Shown here piece after piece: positions 28,596 to 38,464 of a stretch of DNA of 45,105 nt. Source of the DNA: a virus (taxonomy: Duplodnaviria > Caudoviricetes); the IMG/VR virus record IMGVR_UViG_3300025018_000224, positions 1-45,105 of that record. One strand, 5' to 3'. Under the pieces are notes generated by a model. The model saw only the letters and a list, made by a program, of their open reading frames with translations, had not been told where the DNA came from and did not search any database. How positions within the stretch are numbered: the first letter of the stretch is position 1; each line of letters starts with the position of its first letter. Both the position numbers and the translations under genes were made by a program.

Positions 28596-28993
28596 GCTAG
28601 CACAGGAAGTAATCCCGCTAATTCTTGCTGTGTTGGAATAGGGATAATCCCGGCTTGCGCATCTGCCAGAATATTATAAGCCTCATTCCACGTGTCATCC
28701 CGAGCCTGAATACAATATGTAGCTTCAGCTGCAAATTTTGGAATAGTGCTTCCTGCATACGTACAGGCCGACAGGATGCCGTCGTACAGCCGCGTGCGTG
28801 CGAAGTCGTCCAACCGTTTCTGAATAGCGGCGGACAGACGAGCCTGGATTTGCTCGGGGGTTTCCGGCGCCGGCGCGAGAAACGCCGCCAACTCGGGGTC
28901 GCTACCGTCGCGGATTTCGGTCGCGCGCGGGTTGGGGTGCGGCGACGCGGACACTATGGCGCCAAGAGCGTCAAGAGTAAGCCAATAAAGCAT
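28583..28993 (-). CDS. Tail fibre assembly/chaperone-like protein
   Basis: IQKRLDDFARTR.YDGILSACTY...RDDTW...LP.L.WP pattern; follows fibre genes. Confidence 0.7.
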   Translation of the reverse strand: MLYWLTLDALGAIVSASPHPNPRATEIRDGSDPELAAFLAPAPETPEQIQARLSAAIQKRLDDFARTRLYDGILSACTYAGSTIPKFAAEATYCIQARDDTWNEAYNILADAQAGIIPIPTQQELAGLLPVLAWPT

Positions 28994-29007
28994 CCTGGGT
29001 ATTCCTT

Positions 29008-29850
29008 TCACCCGTTCGGCCCGGTGGCCTCGACCAGTGTGCCGGTGATTGAGAAACTGCCGCCGCTTCCGAGATTCGTAGCGAAGTCGGTAACAGCCGC
29101 GCCGGTATTGTGGCGCAGATACAGAACAGGTTGCGAACCCGTTGGTGTGGAACCGTCGGCCCCCAGGCTCACCGCCTTACCCGTCGCATCGATGAACTTT
29201 CGCCGATTGGCTTCCTGGCTGATATCAAGGTATTCGGCGGCGAAATACACCTCCGCAAGGTCGGCATTGATTTTGGAGGCCGCCGATGTCGTCGCCCCGA
29301 TCGCCCAATTCGTCGGGTCTGTGTATTTGATGTTATCGTCGGTCTCGGTAGAAACCCCCGCCTCCGCGTCGGCGTCGTTAATGTAGAAATGCGCCGCTGG
29401 CGTCGCGAGATTCCAGGATGCGAGGACATGCAGCCAGCCATCAGTCACGGCGTAACCCGACGAACTGGTCAGAACGAGGATGTTGCTACCACCGGAGTTC
29501 TTGCCAACGATTTGCAGGGTTGACCCGTCGCCGGACGCATTGCGCTGGATCAGGAAGTAATCGCCGGATTGGCTGATCAGGCGCATCAATGACCCGTCGC
29601 CACCCGTGAATTTCACCCACGCCGAAATCAACCCGGTCTTGCCGTCCTCGATACCCGTCAGCGTTCCACCGCGAAGCAGGTAATCGTTGGAGCCATCGAA
29701 ATTTAAGGCTCCAGGCAGATAGGGGCCGCCGGCCGCAACTACCCGCCTCGGTCGATCAACAAGGCGCCCAACCCGCGTTGCCGAAGTAGACCGAATCAAT
29801 CCGGGCCGACCACGACGAATCAATCCGGGCGCGCGCGTGACGATCATCAC
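29008..29850 (-). CDS. LamG/concanavalin-like lectin domain protein, candidate receptor-binding subunit
   Basis: LNFDGSNDYL, ISAWVK, GWLHVLASW motifs. Confidence 0.7.
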   Translation of the reverse strand: MMIVTRAPGLIRRGRPGLIRSTSATRVGRLVDRPRRVVAAGGPYLPGALNFDGSNDYLLRGGTLTGIEDGKTGLISAWVKFTGGDGSLMRLISQSGDYFLIQRNASGDGSTLQIVGKNSGGSNILVLTSSSGYAVTDGWLHVLASWNLATPAAHFYINDADAEAGVSTETDDNIKYTDPTNWAIGATTSAASKINADLAEVYFAAEYLDISQEANRRKFIDATGKAVSLGADGSTPTGSQPVLYLRHNTGAAVTDFATNLGSGGSFSITGTLVEATGPNG

Positions 29851-30260
29851 GAAAGGTCCTGGTACTCGGCGGCGAAGACGACACCCTCAGTGTCCATGGA
29901 CGTGACGCCGAGAACAGCCGAGGCTGGCAGAATAATCGCGCTGTCGGGCACTTCTTTATCGACGAAGACAACAGGAACCTGCACTGTAGTGGCATCTACT
30001 GTATAAAGTGCCATCAATCCACTTTCATGCAACTTCCAAGTAGAACCGGCATCCTGTGAAATGAATACATTCAGACGAACCGCTCCTGCGTTGGTTTCAG
30101 TTGCCCAAGCCTTCAAACTGGTGACAATTGCACCATCTGCGCCAGCAGCCAGCAAGGTAATGATCGTCCCCGTGCCGTCCAAATTGGCATTGGCTGCCGC
30201 AGATGCAGCGTGCGCGACCTTCGGCGTTTTGCCAAATACTGGGTCATTATTAACAGCCAT
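29847..30260 (-). CDS. Tail-associated beta-rich protein
   Basis: AGGAG SD; located in fibre cassette. Confidence 0.7.
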   Translation of the reverse strand: MAVNNDPVFGKTPKVAHAASAAANANLDGTGTIITLLAAGADGAIVTSLKAWATETNAGAVRLNVFISQDAGSTWKLHESGLMALYTVDATTVQVPVVFVDKEVPDSAIILPASAVLGVTSMDTEGVVFAAEYQDLS

Positions 30261-30272
30261 GAATTTATTCTC

Positions 30273-31148
30273 CTACCGGGCAAGATTGAAAAGACAAAGA
30301 CGTGTAGCAGTTTTTACGCGTGACGGTACATTGTCAAAAAGAAGTGAAGCGGCTACACCACGAACTGTGACGTCTATATCGGCGTCTTTCAAAATCGTGG
30401 CATCTGCCGGCTCATACACACCCGTATGAGCATGATCCCCGGCAGCAACAGTTCCAGCTGTAGTTCCAACCGCTAAAAGCGCAGCCCCAGCAAGCCCAAG
30501 AGTTCCTCGCACGGTAGCCGCATCGGCATCGTCGAGCATAGATCGGCCAAATGAAGTCAAAGCTGCAACAGCATATGTATCTGAGGCTGTTGTGTAAATC
30601 ATACGATCCGCTTCAGTAGTCAAGCCTGCAATGCTAGTCAACGCAGCATTACTAGCTTGCACTCCAGTAATCGAAGTAAATGAAATTTGACCAGCAGCGA
30701 ATGTCGCGGTACCAAGTGTGAAATCAATTTCACCTGCAGCTGTCAAGGTGATAGAGCCCGGTAGTCCAACGGCTCCGGAAAATACATGATCTTGTGTCAA
30801 CGTTGCAGGAAGCGTGATTGTAGGATTTCCAGAAACACCGTCACCGTTTGAAACAGTGACAGAACCAGCTGTTCCTGTCAAAGTTCTCCGGATAAAAGTC
30901 TCGTCGGCATTTCGTACAAGAATACCAGCTGACGCATCCAAGGCAGCAAGAGCAGAAAGATTGGCGTCCAATGGCTGGAAAACAACGGATAATTGTGTCG
31001 TATTAAGAATCCTGAATCCACCCGTAGTCAAGCCATCATGGACTCGCAATTCATGCGTGGTTGTATCCACCGTGACTTCTCGTTCCCGGCCAAGAAACGA
31101 ATTCGCCGCAGTAGTTGCGTGACCAACGATCTGTACGCGTTTTGTCAT
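30273..31148 (-). CDS. Tail fibre with Mtd-N-like N-terminus
   Basis: FLGREREVTVDTTTHELRVHDGLTTGG resembles the BPP-1 Mtd N-terminus; LTSIAGL...LDDADAATVRGTLGL fibre repeat. Confidence 0.8.
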   Translation of the reverse strand: MTKRVQIVGHATTAANSFLGREREVTVDTTTHELRVHDGLTTGGFRILNTTQLSVVFQPLDANLSALAALDASAGILVRNADETFIRRTLTGTAGSVTVSNGDGVSGNPTITLPATLTQDHVFSGAVGLPGSITLTAAGEIDFTLGTATFAAGQISFTSITGVQASNAALTSIAGLTTEADRMIYTTASDTYAVAALTSFGRSMLDDADAATVRGTLGLAGAALLAVGTTAGTVAAGDHAHTGVYEPADATILKDADIDVTVRGVAASLLFDNVPSRVKTATRLCLFNLAR

Positions 31149-31159
31149 GCCAGTATTCC

Positions 31160-33124
31160 TTACAATCTACCAGCAAGTATGCCGCTGGCTTCTAGTGATT
31201 TCAAGTGAAATGATTGTCCAGGCTCCACAGCCGAAATTTCAGCAATGTGGTAAATACCTGTGGACATCAACGCGTAGAAATTTGCCGCCGCATCTTGTTT
31301 AACTAAATCTGGAATAACTGTATTAAATGGTGTATATCCGTCTAAAGTAGAAATAAACGTCAAATTGTAATCAATGTGGTCAGTGACATTATATCCCCAA
31401 TCTTCATCGTCCGTCATTAAATTCCAATCTTCTTCACCGGAAAGTAAATTCCAATCTTCTTCAGCGGCATCAAGATCACCAGATATCGGCATTCCAATTG
31501 ACATATTAGTGACCATGCCAAGTTCATCAGGAAATTGTTGTTCTTCCCAGCGCAAAAGCCCAATGCAAATTTTCGAATCAAGCGTCTGAAATACTGAGGA
31601 AACTGGTGTGAAGGTCAACTGCAAAATCGGATTAGACATAGCCATAACGGAACGAAGTACAGTTGTCGTGTCGTCATTCCAATCTTCATCGCCAGAATCA
31701 ACCAGGTAATCAACAGAAGAATCGGGAAGAAAATTATAATCTTCGTCGAATAATGGAGGACCTGCGTCGTCGGCAAACTGTAGCAGATTAACAACAATAT
31801 CCGGTAATTCAACGTACGCACTGGTATAATAACCAAATGGGTGTAATGCCAAATTTGATTCAGGAACATCTCCCATTCGCATGACCGATGGAAGTACGTA
31901 GGCACCCAAAACTGCGTCATACCGCGCAGGATATTGCTTCAAAGGTTTAAATAAATAACTTAATTCAGAATCTGCGATATATTCAACATTAGCCAAACCA
32001 GACCAAGCAAGGAATCGCCCATCAGAATCAATATGCCCCCAATGGGAACCAGCCTTCGGCCCTGATTCAATCGTGATTCTAACGATTGAATAATGCAGTT
32101 TATCCATGTACCCTAAACGTTCAGTCGGTACATAGAGAACAAACATGCGGTTATACGGAACACTGATTGTCTCCGCTAAGGAGAGACAGAACCATTGTTC
32201 ATCCGGAATCCATGTGAGTCGAATAATGGAAGGTCGGGTTAGATCGTATTTTTTAAATTCCTGAATGAGATATTCGCTGAAAATAGCCGACCATTTCTTC
32301 GGAGTACTTCCTTTTGTAGCGTAAAGGCCAGTCTTCGTAACGTATACTAGCTCCCCTGATTCCAGCGGGATAAGACAGAATGAATTAATCAGCACTTCCG
32401 CTGTGGAACGAAGCATAACAGAATGCGAGAATGTACCAACATTTCCGGTAAATCGGCTACGAAGAATGCCATTTGTTGTGAATACAAGTACGCCAAAATC
32501 AGCAGAAAGTTCCGTTTCCATCCCATAAATAGCGCAGGAAATGGTGTCGCCCCCGAGAATTGATAAAGCTTGAAAACCAGCACCTGTGGCTAAATCAGTC
32601 ACAAGATCAGTGCCGTCATCCTGGGCACTCCACACAACTTCCAATTCCCCTGCGATATACAACCGAGAACGAATCGCGGCGATTGCTACCGGATTGTCTG
32701 GAAGCCCGGCAACGGATAACGGGTTAAAAATTAGATTAACTGTATCGTAGTAAATAATTCCAATTTCAGGATGACAGAAAAATTCAAGAGTATTTACGCG
32801 CCCACGCGTCCATTTATGTGGATTGCCAACAATCGAAGAAGCAAAGATATGAACTGGAACCCACATCAAGGTCCCCGAATCCAACCGCATAATTCCTGTA
32901 GACGTGAATAAATACGATACACCCTCAATATCAAAGGATTCAGTGTGTAACGGATTTGAAATTAGCTGCTTGGAAAGAAATAAACCGCCAAAGGCAGATT
33001 TCGGCCCATCAATGTCAAAGACGAAATTCTTTCCGTCGACAACAAACGGTTTCTGTGACTTCCTTCGGTCTAACGCCGGAAGAAGACCACCAATATCGAT
33101 ACCTTTAAGATTTTGATTTGGCAT
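31160..33124 (-). CDS. Tail nozzle / tubular protein B-like
   Basis: 654 aa, beta-propeller-like composition (VWSAQDD); synteny. Confidence 0.6.
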   Translation of the reverse strand: MPNQNLKGIDIGGLLPALDRRKSQKPFVVDGKNFVFDIDGPKSAFGGLFLSKQLISNPLHTESFDIEGVSYLFTSTGIMRLDSGTLMWVPVHIFASSIVGNPHKWTRGRVNTLEFFCHPEIGIIYYDTVNLIFNPLSVAGLPDNPVAIAAIRSRLYIAGELEVVWSAQDDGTDLVTDLATGAGFQALSILGGDTISCAIYGMETELSADFGVLVFTTNGILRSRFTGNVGTFSHSVMLRSTAEVLINSFCLIPLESGELVYVTKTGLYATKGSTPKKWSAIFSEYLIQEFKKYDLTRPSIIRLTWIPDEQWFCLSLAETISVPYNRMFVLYVPTERLGYMDKLHYSIVRITIESGPKAGSHWGHIDSDGRFLAWSGLANVEYIADSELSYLFKPLKQYPARYDAVLGAYVLPSVMRMGDVPESNLALHPFGYYTSAYVELPDIVVNLLQFADDAGPPLFDEDYNFLPDSSVDYLVDSGDEDWNDDTTTVLRSVMAMSNPILQLTFTPVSSVFQTLDSKICIGLLRWEEQQFPDELGMVTNMSIGMPISGDLDAAEEDWNLLSGEEDWNLMTDDEDWGYNVTDHIDYNLTFISTLDGYTPFNTVIPDLVKQDAAANFYALMSTGIYHIAEISAVEPGQSFHLKSLEASGILAGRL

Positions 33125-33618
33125 CAGTACAGATACGATTCATACTGGAGGGACAAAGATTGCCCATTACCTAGCGTCACAGCAGCAGCAAGCGCCGCAC
33201 TGATACTGAATAACGTACCAGTGGTTCCAGACGCAGCGTCAGTCAGAAACATTCGACTGATGGCCTTATCGTAATCACCCCCGGAGGCTGAGAAAGCAAG
33301 AACCGCGCTGCGAATCGCAGTTTCCCCATTAACTTGTGAGAGAAATGGCCAACCAGAAGCATCGCGAGTAAGCGCCTGCCTCGCGTAACCATTCGCAACA
33401 GTTGGTTCTGCGGCTGCAACATCGGACAAAACCAGCGTATCTGCGGGAGTGATATGTGTCAAACCAACATACCAATTCGCCCCAGCGTCGATAAGGGACA
33501 AATCGGCACGGAAAATCATTTTGAGAAATTCAGTTTCCCCTTCATCAGTAACAGTATTCGGAAGAATAATCTTCTTCTCGTCAAGCTGAATAATGTATCG
33601 TCCGCCAATTCTACTCAT
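33124..33618 (-). CDS. Virion/tail protein
   Basis: ATG 33618 after GGAG; NTVTDEG, YVGL, GYARQ motifs. Confidence 0.7.
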   Translation of the reverse strand: MSRIGGRYIIQLDEKKIILPNTVTDEGETEFLKMIFRADLSLIDAGANWYVGLTHITPADTLVLSDVAAAEPTVANGYARQALTRDASGWPFLSQVNGETAIRSAVLAFSASGGDYDKAISRMFLTDAASGTTGTLFSISAALAAAVTLGNGQSLSLQYESYLY

Positions 33619-33632
33619 TGATTGTCTCCAAT

Positions 33633-33695
33633 CCGCAAGTGGGGGGGGGGAGGGAACCCGGGAGGTGAAAATTCCCTTCCCCCCACCATCCGCGG
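33633..33695 (-). terminator. G/C-rich intergenic hairpin containing a G10 tract
   Basis: GTGGGGGGGGGGAGGGAA...TTCCCTTCCCCCCAC; no U tail, so terminator role is uncertain. Confidence 0.45.
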
Positions 33696-33703
33696 CCGCA
33701 GGA

Positions 33704-34546
33704 TTACCGATTCTGTTCGAAGCGAACGTAGTCGATCGTTGCGATAACCTGATTCGCAGAACGATTGCCGATGACGATGGCACCGCACAAAGCCGTCGCC
33801 GGAGCCACAACTGCCGGAACTTCCACGCCAATCACATCATCATTGATGTAACCACGAACACCGCCAGTAGCAGAAACTTCCACTTTCACGGTGAAATACG
33901 TGTCGTCGACCGGCGCATGAGCAGAAAAGGCCGGAACACTGTCAGTATTGGCATTCACGCCGCCATGGAAGAAACGCTTCGTCGTGCCATCCACGTCATA
34001 GCCGACGCCAACGGCATTCGCAGCATCGCTGTCAATGTCCGCCGCTACGAGGAAAATCGGAAGTTCCACGGTAGTCGAAATCGTATCCGTGAATCCGACG
34101 AACAAAACCGCTTCGGAAACATCGTCAATCTTCAGCCGAGCTTCCATGACAAGTCCACCCTGACTCGGCTTGAAGGCCAAAGGCAGAGTAGTCAAAGCGG
34201 AACAATTCGCAGCATGCGTGCCGTCGTCACTGGCAGATTTCAACGTGACTGTACCGTTGACCGAATTTGCAACAGTCGTAGCAACCTGATTGCCTGTACC
34301 GCTGCCAGCCGTCGAAGACCAATGGTCCGCAGGCCCAGCATCGCCGATAGCCCACGTACCAAAGAAATCTTCATTGAATTCGAACTTGACGGACGCCGGA
34401 GTGTCATCTTCCGGAAGAATATACACTGAGGCGAGCAGATCCTTCACCCACTGAAACGACGGGGGAAGGCCTCGTTTCATCTTCTGGAAACCATCGTCAT
34501 CCAGAAGTGCTTGTTCCGTCCTCTTGGAACCAGTGCTTTCACTCAT
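33704..34546 (-). CDS. Virion structural protein (beta-sandwich; decoration or fibre)
   Basis: TAAGGAG SD; ends IDYVRFEQNR; followed by hairpin. Confidence 0.7.
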   Translation of the reverse strand: MSESTGSKRTEQALLDDDGFQKMKRGLPPSFQWVKDLLASVYILPEDDTPASVKFEFNEDFFGTWAIGDAGPADHWSSTAGSGTGNQVATTVANSVNGTVTLKSASDDGTHAANCSALTTLPLAFKPSQGGLVMEARLKIDDVSEAVLFVGFTDTISTTVELPIFLVAADIDSDAANAVGVGYDVDGTTKRFFHGGVNANTDSVPAFSAHAPVDDTYFTVKVEVSATGGVRGYINDDVIGVEVPAVVAPATALCGAIVIGNRSANQVIATIDYVRFEQNR

Positions 34547-34579
34547 ATCAGGACTCCTTACTCCGGCAAAATTGCCTAA

Positions 34580-34948
34580 TTAAAATAGTTGAAACCCGGA
34601 TGTCGGGGAATAATGCAATGTTTGTTCCGCCCCAACAGCCTTGGTAACAAAATGATATTCCACAGAAGCAATCACTACGGCGAGATTGACAGTACACGAA
34701 ACTGAGTCTTCGTTGTGAATGAGAATTTCTGAAATTGATTTACGTAAAAGGGTAGAACCGTCCGGTGGAGAAACCAAAACAATTGGAGTAGCACTGGAAA
34801 AAAATCCAACTACAGAGAATTCTTCTTCTTCATTGTCATTGGCCCGTTTAGCGAGATAAGACACAAAATAATTGGGTTCGTTCAGAGTGACCGCACCGGA
34901 TAAATATGCACGGAGACTGTGCAGCGGAGTAGTTAAATTAATTGACAT
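34580..34948 (-). CDS. Hypothetical virion protein
   Basis: ATG 34948 after AAGGA. Confidence 0.65.
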   Translation of the reverse strand: MSINLTTPLHSLRAYLSGAVTLNEPNYFVSYLAKRANDNEEEEFSVVGFFSSATPIVLVSPPDGSTLLRKSISEILIHNEDSVSCTVNLAVVIASVEYHFVTKAVGAEQTLHYSPTSGFQLF

Positions 34949-35261
34949 TACGCCGCGCTTCCTTTTCTTGCTCAATTAATTCCGTTTGCAACCGCTCCAA
35001 CATCTTTGTCATAGTCCCTTGCGCCTGATCAATGTTATCAAAAGTAATCTGAAATTTTACATTGAGTGCCGCTTGCTGGGATACAAATAAACGGAGCTCT
35101 CGTAGCGCCGCCTCGCTATTTGCCATTCGCTCGGAAAGACCAAGTTGCTGTCCTTCCAATTTAGTCTGGGCATTTGACAAATTCACAAACACCATTCCTA
35201 CAACCATCGTACCAAGAATGGTGCCACCAACAATGGAGAATAATCGAAGAAATCTGCTCAT
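34938..35261 (-). CDS. Membrane-anchored coiled-coil protein
   Basis: N-terminal TM followed by heptads; start uncertain. Confidence 0.6.
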   Translation of the reverse strand: MSRFLRLFSIVGGTILGTMVVGMVFVNLSNAQTKLEGQQLGLSERMANSEAALRELRLFVSQQAALNVKFQITFDNIDQAQGTMTKMLERLQTELIEQEKEARRNVN

Positions 35262-35289
35262 CGGATCATATCCATCGGTCGACCGGTTA

Positions 35290-35988
35290 CTAAATCCCTG
35301 CTGAGTCAATTGATTCAGTCCCCCATAGTTGTGTGCGTTGTTGCTGGTACAACGCGTACGCAGTAATCGCACGTTTCTCATCTCCGAGTATTTTAAACAA
35401 TTTGGCTAATGTTCCCTCAAGGCAGACATCATACCAATCGGTTAAAAGCCAATTAGTCACTAAAGCTCGGGCTATCACTTTTTCATCGTCGGTCACAGCC
35501 GTCAAGTATTCCCACGTTTCCGTGGCTAAATCATACGTCGCAGGACGCTCGGCGACAATCGCGTAATACACCAAGCGTTTCGGATACGTATAATAGGCGA
35601 GATCAATCGTACCGCCGACCCCTCCGTATCCTTTGAAATAAACAAATCCGCCAGCCATGTAATAATAATAATCCTCGTTATTCATGGCACGCCCCGGTTT
35701 CATCGGAACGGGGTAAACTCCATCCAAAAACTTAGGAGTTTGGACACTAGAATAACGAGCGGTCAAAAACATCTGAGTATTTGATGGTAATTGCCAAGAA
35801 TATCCAGTGGCAATGTCAGCAATCAGCTGATCCTCAACCAGATTCTTCGAGTAAAGCACAGGCTGATTCGTGGCCGTAGTATGCAAATCTCGAACAGTCT
35901 GGTTGAGGAATGCTGCGATGTCAACAATCCGATCTGGCCGATTACTTCGTGCCGCTGCCGCATCGACCATTTCAGAGAAAGTGAACAT
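35290..35988 (-). CDS. Head-tail adaptor / tail tubular protein A-like
   Basis: MVD....RPD...I..FLNQ start and NWLLTDWYDV..EG near end; synteny. Confidence 0.7.
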   Translation of the reverse strand: MFTFSEMVDAAAARSNRPDRIVDIAAFLNQTVRDLHTTATNQPVLYSKNLVEDQLIADIATGYSWQLPSNTQMFLTARYSSVQTPKFLDGVYPVPMKPGRAMNNEDYYYYMAGGFVYFKGYGGVGGTIDLAYYTYPKRLVYYAIVAERPATYDLATETWEYLTAVTDDEKVIARALVTNWLLTDWYDVCLEGTLAKLFKILGDEKRAITAYALYQQQRTQLWGTESIDSAGI

Positions 35989-35991
35989 CAA

Positions 35992-36462
35992 TTACCCTTT
36001 CCGAATAAGAGCTGCCAGGCCAACAGGAGCTGAAGATTCGGGCTTCTGCGGCTCGGCCTTCTGCATAGGCGTAGCAACCAACTGACTGAGATTGTCTGTC
36101 CCTTCAATCGGAGACATCTTTGCAGCATACGGATCAATCCCAGCCCGCATCAAGTCCTCATTCGTTTGCATTTCCCTCAGTTTATCCATACCGAGGGCAG
36201 CAGCTGTCGAACCCATTGGGCCTGAATGCGATCGTTGTTTCATGAACTGTTTAGCCACGGAATCAGCCGCAGCAGTTGAAACCGTACGAACCATCGTACG
36301 ATCAATCGGTTTCAGGCCTTCAAGCAATTTCTCGAATCGTTCATAATCCTCCTGCGATTCAATCTGCAACTGATGATTTTCAAATCGGAAACCACCAAGA
36401 ACAAACGTCCTCGCCTTGGAGTAATAATTGACCGGTTCAAATTTTGATTGGCTGGCGGACAT
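35992..36462 (-). CDS. Hypothetical protein downstream of capsid
   Basis: ATG 36462 after GAGGAG. Confidence 0.75.
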   Translation of the reverse strand: MSASQSKFEPVNYYSKARTFVLGGFRFENHQLQIESQEDYERFEKLLEGLKPIDRTMVRTVSTAAADSVAKQFMKQRSHSGPMGSTAAALGMDKLREMQTNEDLMRAGIDPYAAKMSPIEGTDNLSQLVATPMQKAEPQKPESSAPVGLAALIRKG

Positions 36463-36493
36463 CACATACTCCTCTGGACAGGCAGATGATGAA

Positions 36494-37678
36494 TTACGCT
36501 TCAGCAGCCGCAGTATCAATTCCGGTGTAGATACCAGAAGTCTGCGCGGCCATTTGCTGAATGGAAAGTTCGGTCGTGTACACGCCCTGATCGGCATCCA
36601 CGCCAGCGATACGAGTCCCATTTTTGTCGTAGGCCTCGATATTCGTCGAACGCAGATAGCGAGTCTGAATCCCACCGGGATGCCAGGTGTACATTGCCTT
36701 CGACCACAACGCATTCTCATTCATCAGAGGATGCGTCATGAGTGACACACGACCGTAGGGCATGATGAGCGTGGTGACATTCAGCCCAAATTCCGTAGCT
36801 CCCTGACTCAATTCGAGTTCACTGTTCAGCGCAGCGATTCGGTTGATAACAGTAACAACGGAATTCCCGCAGAACGTAATGCGCTCATTCGGTTTGCCCT
36901 TGATGTTCACAGCGAACACGGACTCGAAATGCGTCAGAAGGTCCGACCATTTCGTATTCGTCGACTGTGCCGACACCGTCCCGCCGTGATTGGTCGATTG
37001 AGCAAGTAAGCCATCCATGAGACGGAATGGTTGCCCATCCATCACACCGATATGCTTCACACCCCAAATCAACGCACGCTCGATGTCTTCCGCGTGGAAG
37101 AAACCGCAATCGGCTCGATTCTTCGCCACCTGGGAACCAGTGTGGTACCGAATCGCCTTCGCAGTTCCCGTGATGCTCCAAGCATTTCGGAAAATCTGCG
37201 TGACGTTGAATCGCACATCACCGAGATTGACGACAGCCTGCGGCATCAAAGAACCTTCCGCGTGACCGTTACCAATTCGCTGCGTGTAATGCGACGTGGT
37301 AATCGTCGTGGCCGTGGTCCCGCCAATGGAACGCACAACAGTGACCGTATTCCCCGACACCGAAGTGACGAGAAGAACTTCACCGGTGGCTTCCACGAGA
37401 AGAACCGTACCCGCGACATACGAGGAAGCATCGGCGAGAGTGAACAAAACACCATCACCATTCCCATTGACCGACGAAACTTTCGTACGCCCAGTGAGTT
37501 TCACTTCCTCAAACCAGTTGACAATCGTATCCGTCGCAGGACGCGATTGCATTCCCGAAGTAAGCGCGAGCATCGGCGCAGACCCCGTCGGATTCACTTG
37601 CAAAAGAGACGAAGCAAAATCACCGACGCGTGTCCCCACGATGTTCTGATCGCTTGCAAAGACACCTTTCACTGCCAT
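36494..37678 (-). CDS. Major capsid protein (SU10/DUF5309-like)
   Basis: NWFEE, FNVTQIFR...ITGT, DIERALIWG, MDGL motifs; follows scaffold; AGGAG SD. Confidence 0.88.
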   Translation of the reverse strand: MAVKGVFASDQNIVGTRVGDFASSLLQVNPTGSAPMLALTSGMQSRPATDTIVNWFEEVKLTGRTKVSSVNGNGDGVLFTLADASSYVAGTVLLVEATGEVLLVTSVSGNTVTVVRSIGGTTATTITTSHYTQRIGNGHAEGSLMPQAVVNLGDVRFNVTQIFRNAWSITGTAKAIRYHTGSQVAKNRADCGFFHAEDIERALIWGVKHIGVMDGQPFRLMDGLLAQSTNHGGTVSAQSTNTKWSDLLTHFESVFAVNIKGKPNERITFCGNSVVTVINRIAALNSELELSQGATEFGLNVTTLIMPYGRVSLMTHPLMNENALWSKAMYTWHPGGIQTRYLRSTNIEAYDKNGTRIAGVDADQGVYTTELSIQQMAAQTSGIYTGIDTAAAEA

Positions 37679-37708
37679 TTAGAACTCTCCTTCTTCACAC
37701 CAGGTTCT

Positions 37709-38464
37709 TCATTCGGCTTTCATCATTCCGAATACATCCTTGAGCCAATCAGGCTGCGGATTATCGGAATTTGATAGTAGCCCCTCAGAACCTGGTTCAC
37801 CTTGGGGCACTACGGTAATTCCTAAACTCGAACTCGTCGCTTTTGCCATCGCTGCGAGATACTTTTTCGTCATATCGACCGCTTGATCGACATTACCCTT
37901 CGTTCTCCGCAACGCTTGCGCCATTACACCTTCAGCGATCGGCGCAATCGCCTTATCACGAGCCGCAGGAATAGCAGCAAACAATGCACGTTTAGCATCG
38001 TTGGAAGAAATATGCCCAGTCACCAACTGAGAAACATCTTTCTTCGTCGTCTGCCCGGCGTGGTCAATCATCTTCGCCGTGAGCATCACAGTTTGTTCCA
38101 CCACCTTCTGCATGGTTTTATTCATGCTCGCGTTGAAGTTGGTAAAATCCCCATTCTGCAACTCCGATTGGATATCTGGAGTCATGACAGATCCAAAATC
38201 CATGGTAGCCACAAATTTCTGGAACTGCGCAATTGGAGATTCCTGTGTAGCCACAGGCGGAATAACTTGCGCCGGAGGAGTTACAGAACCATCGCCATTC
38301 CCTGGCTGATCCCAGTAGTCTGCAAAGTTTTCATCGTCAGCGCCAGAGTTATTTTCGTCGTGACTGGATTCAGCTGCGGCAGCAGCCGCCGGAGTGCCAG
38401 AACCAGTGTCAGCCATTCGGTAAACAGAAGGAGCCGTAGAATTCATGAGACGCAATTTAAGCAT
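37709..38464 (-). CDS. Scaffolding protein
   Basis: Acidic disordered N-terminus, helical; lies between portal and capsid. Confidence 0.7.
   Translation of the reverse strand: MLKLRLMNSTAPSVYRMADTGSGTPAAAAAAESSHDENNSGADDENFADYWDQPGNGDGSVTPPAQVIPPVATQESPIAQFQKFVATMDFGSVMTPDIQSELQNGDFTNFNASMNKTMQKVVEQTVMLTAKMIDHAGQTTKKDVSQLVTGHISSNDAKRALFAAIPAARDKAIAPIAEGVMAQALRRTKGNVDQAVDMTKKYLAAMAKATSSSLGITVVPQGEPGSEGLLSNSDNPQPDWLKDVFGMMKAE

Noticed and set aside
30273-31148. Diversity-generating retroelement suggested by the Mtd-like N-terminus
   Set aside because: No reverse transcriptase, no Avd-like gene and no TR/VR repeat pair seen
35992-36720. T7 10B-like capsid frameshift extension
   Set aside because: The overlap is in the +1 frame, no convincing slippery site was seen, and the downstream gene has its own GAGGAG SD and ATG at 36462
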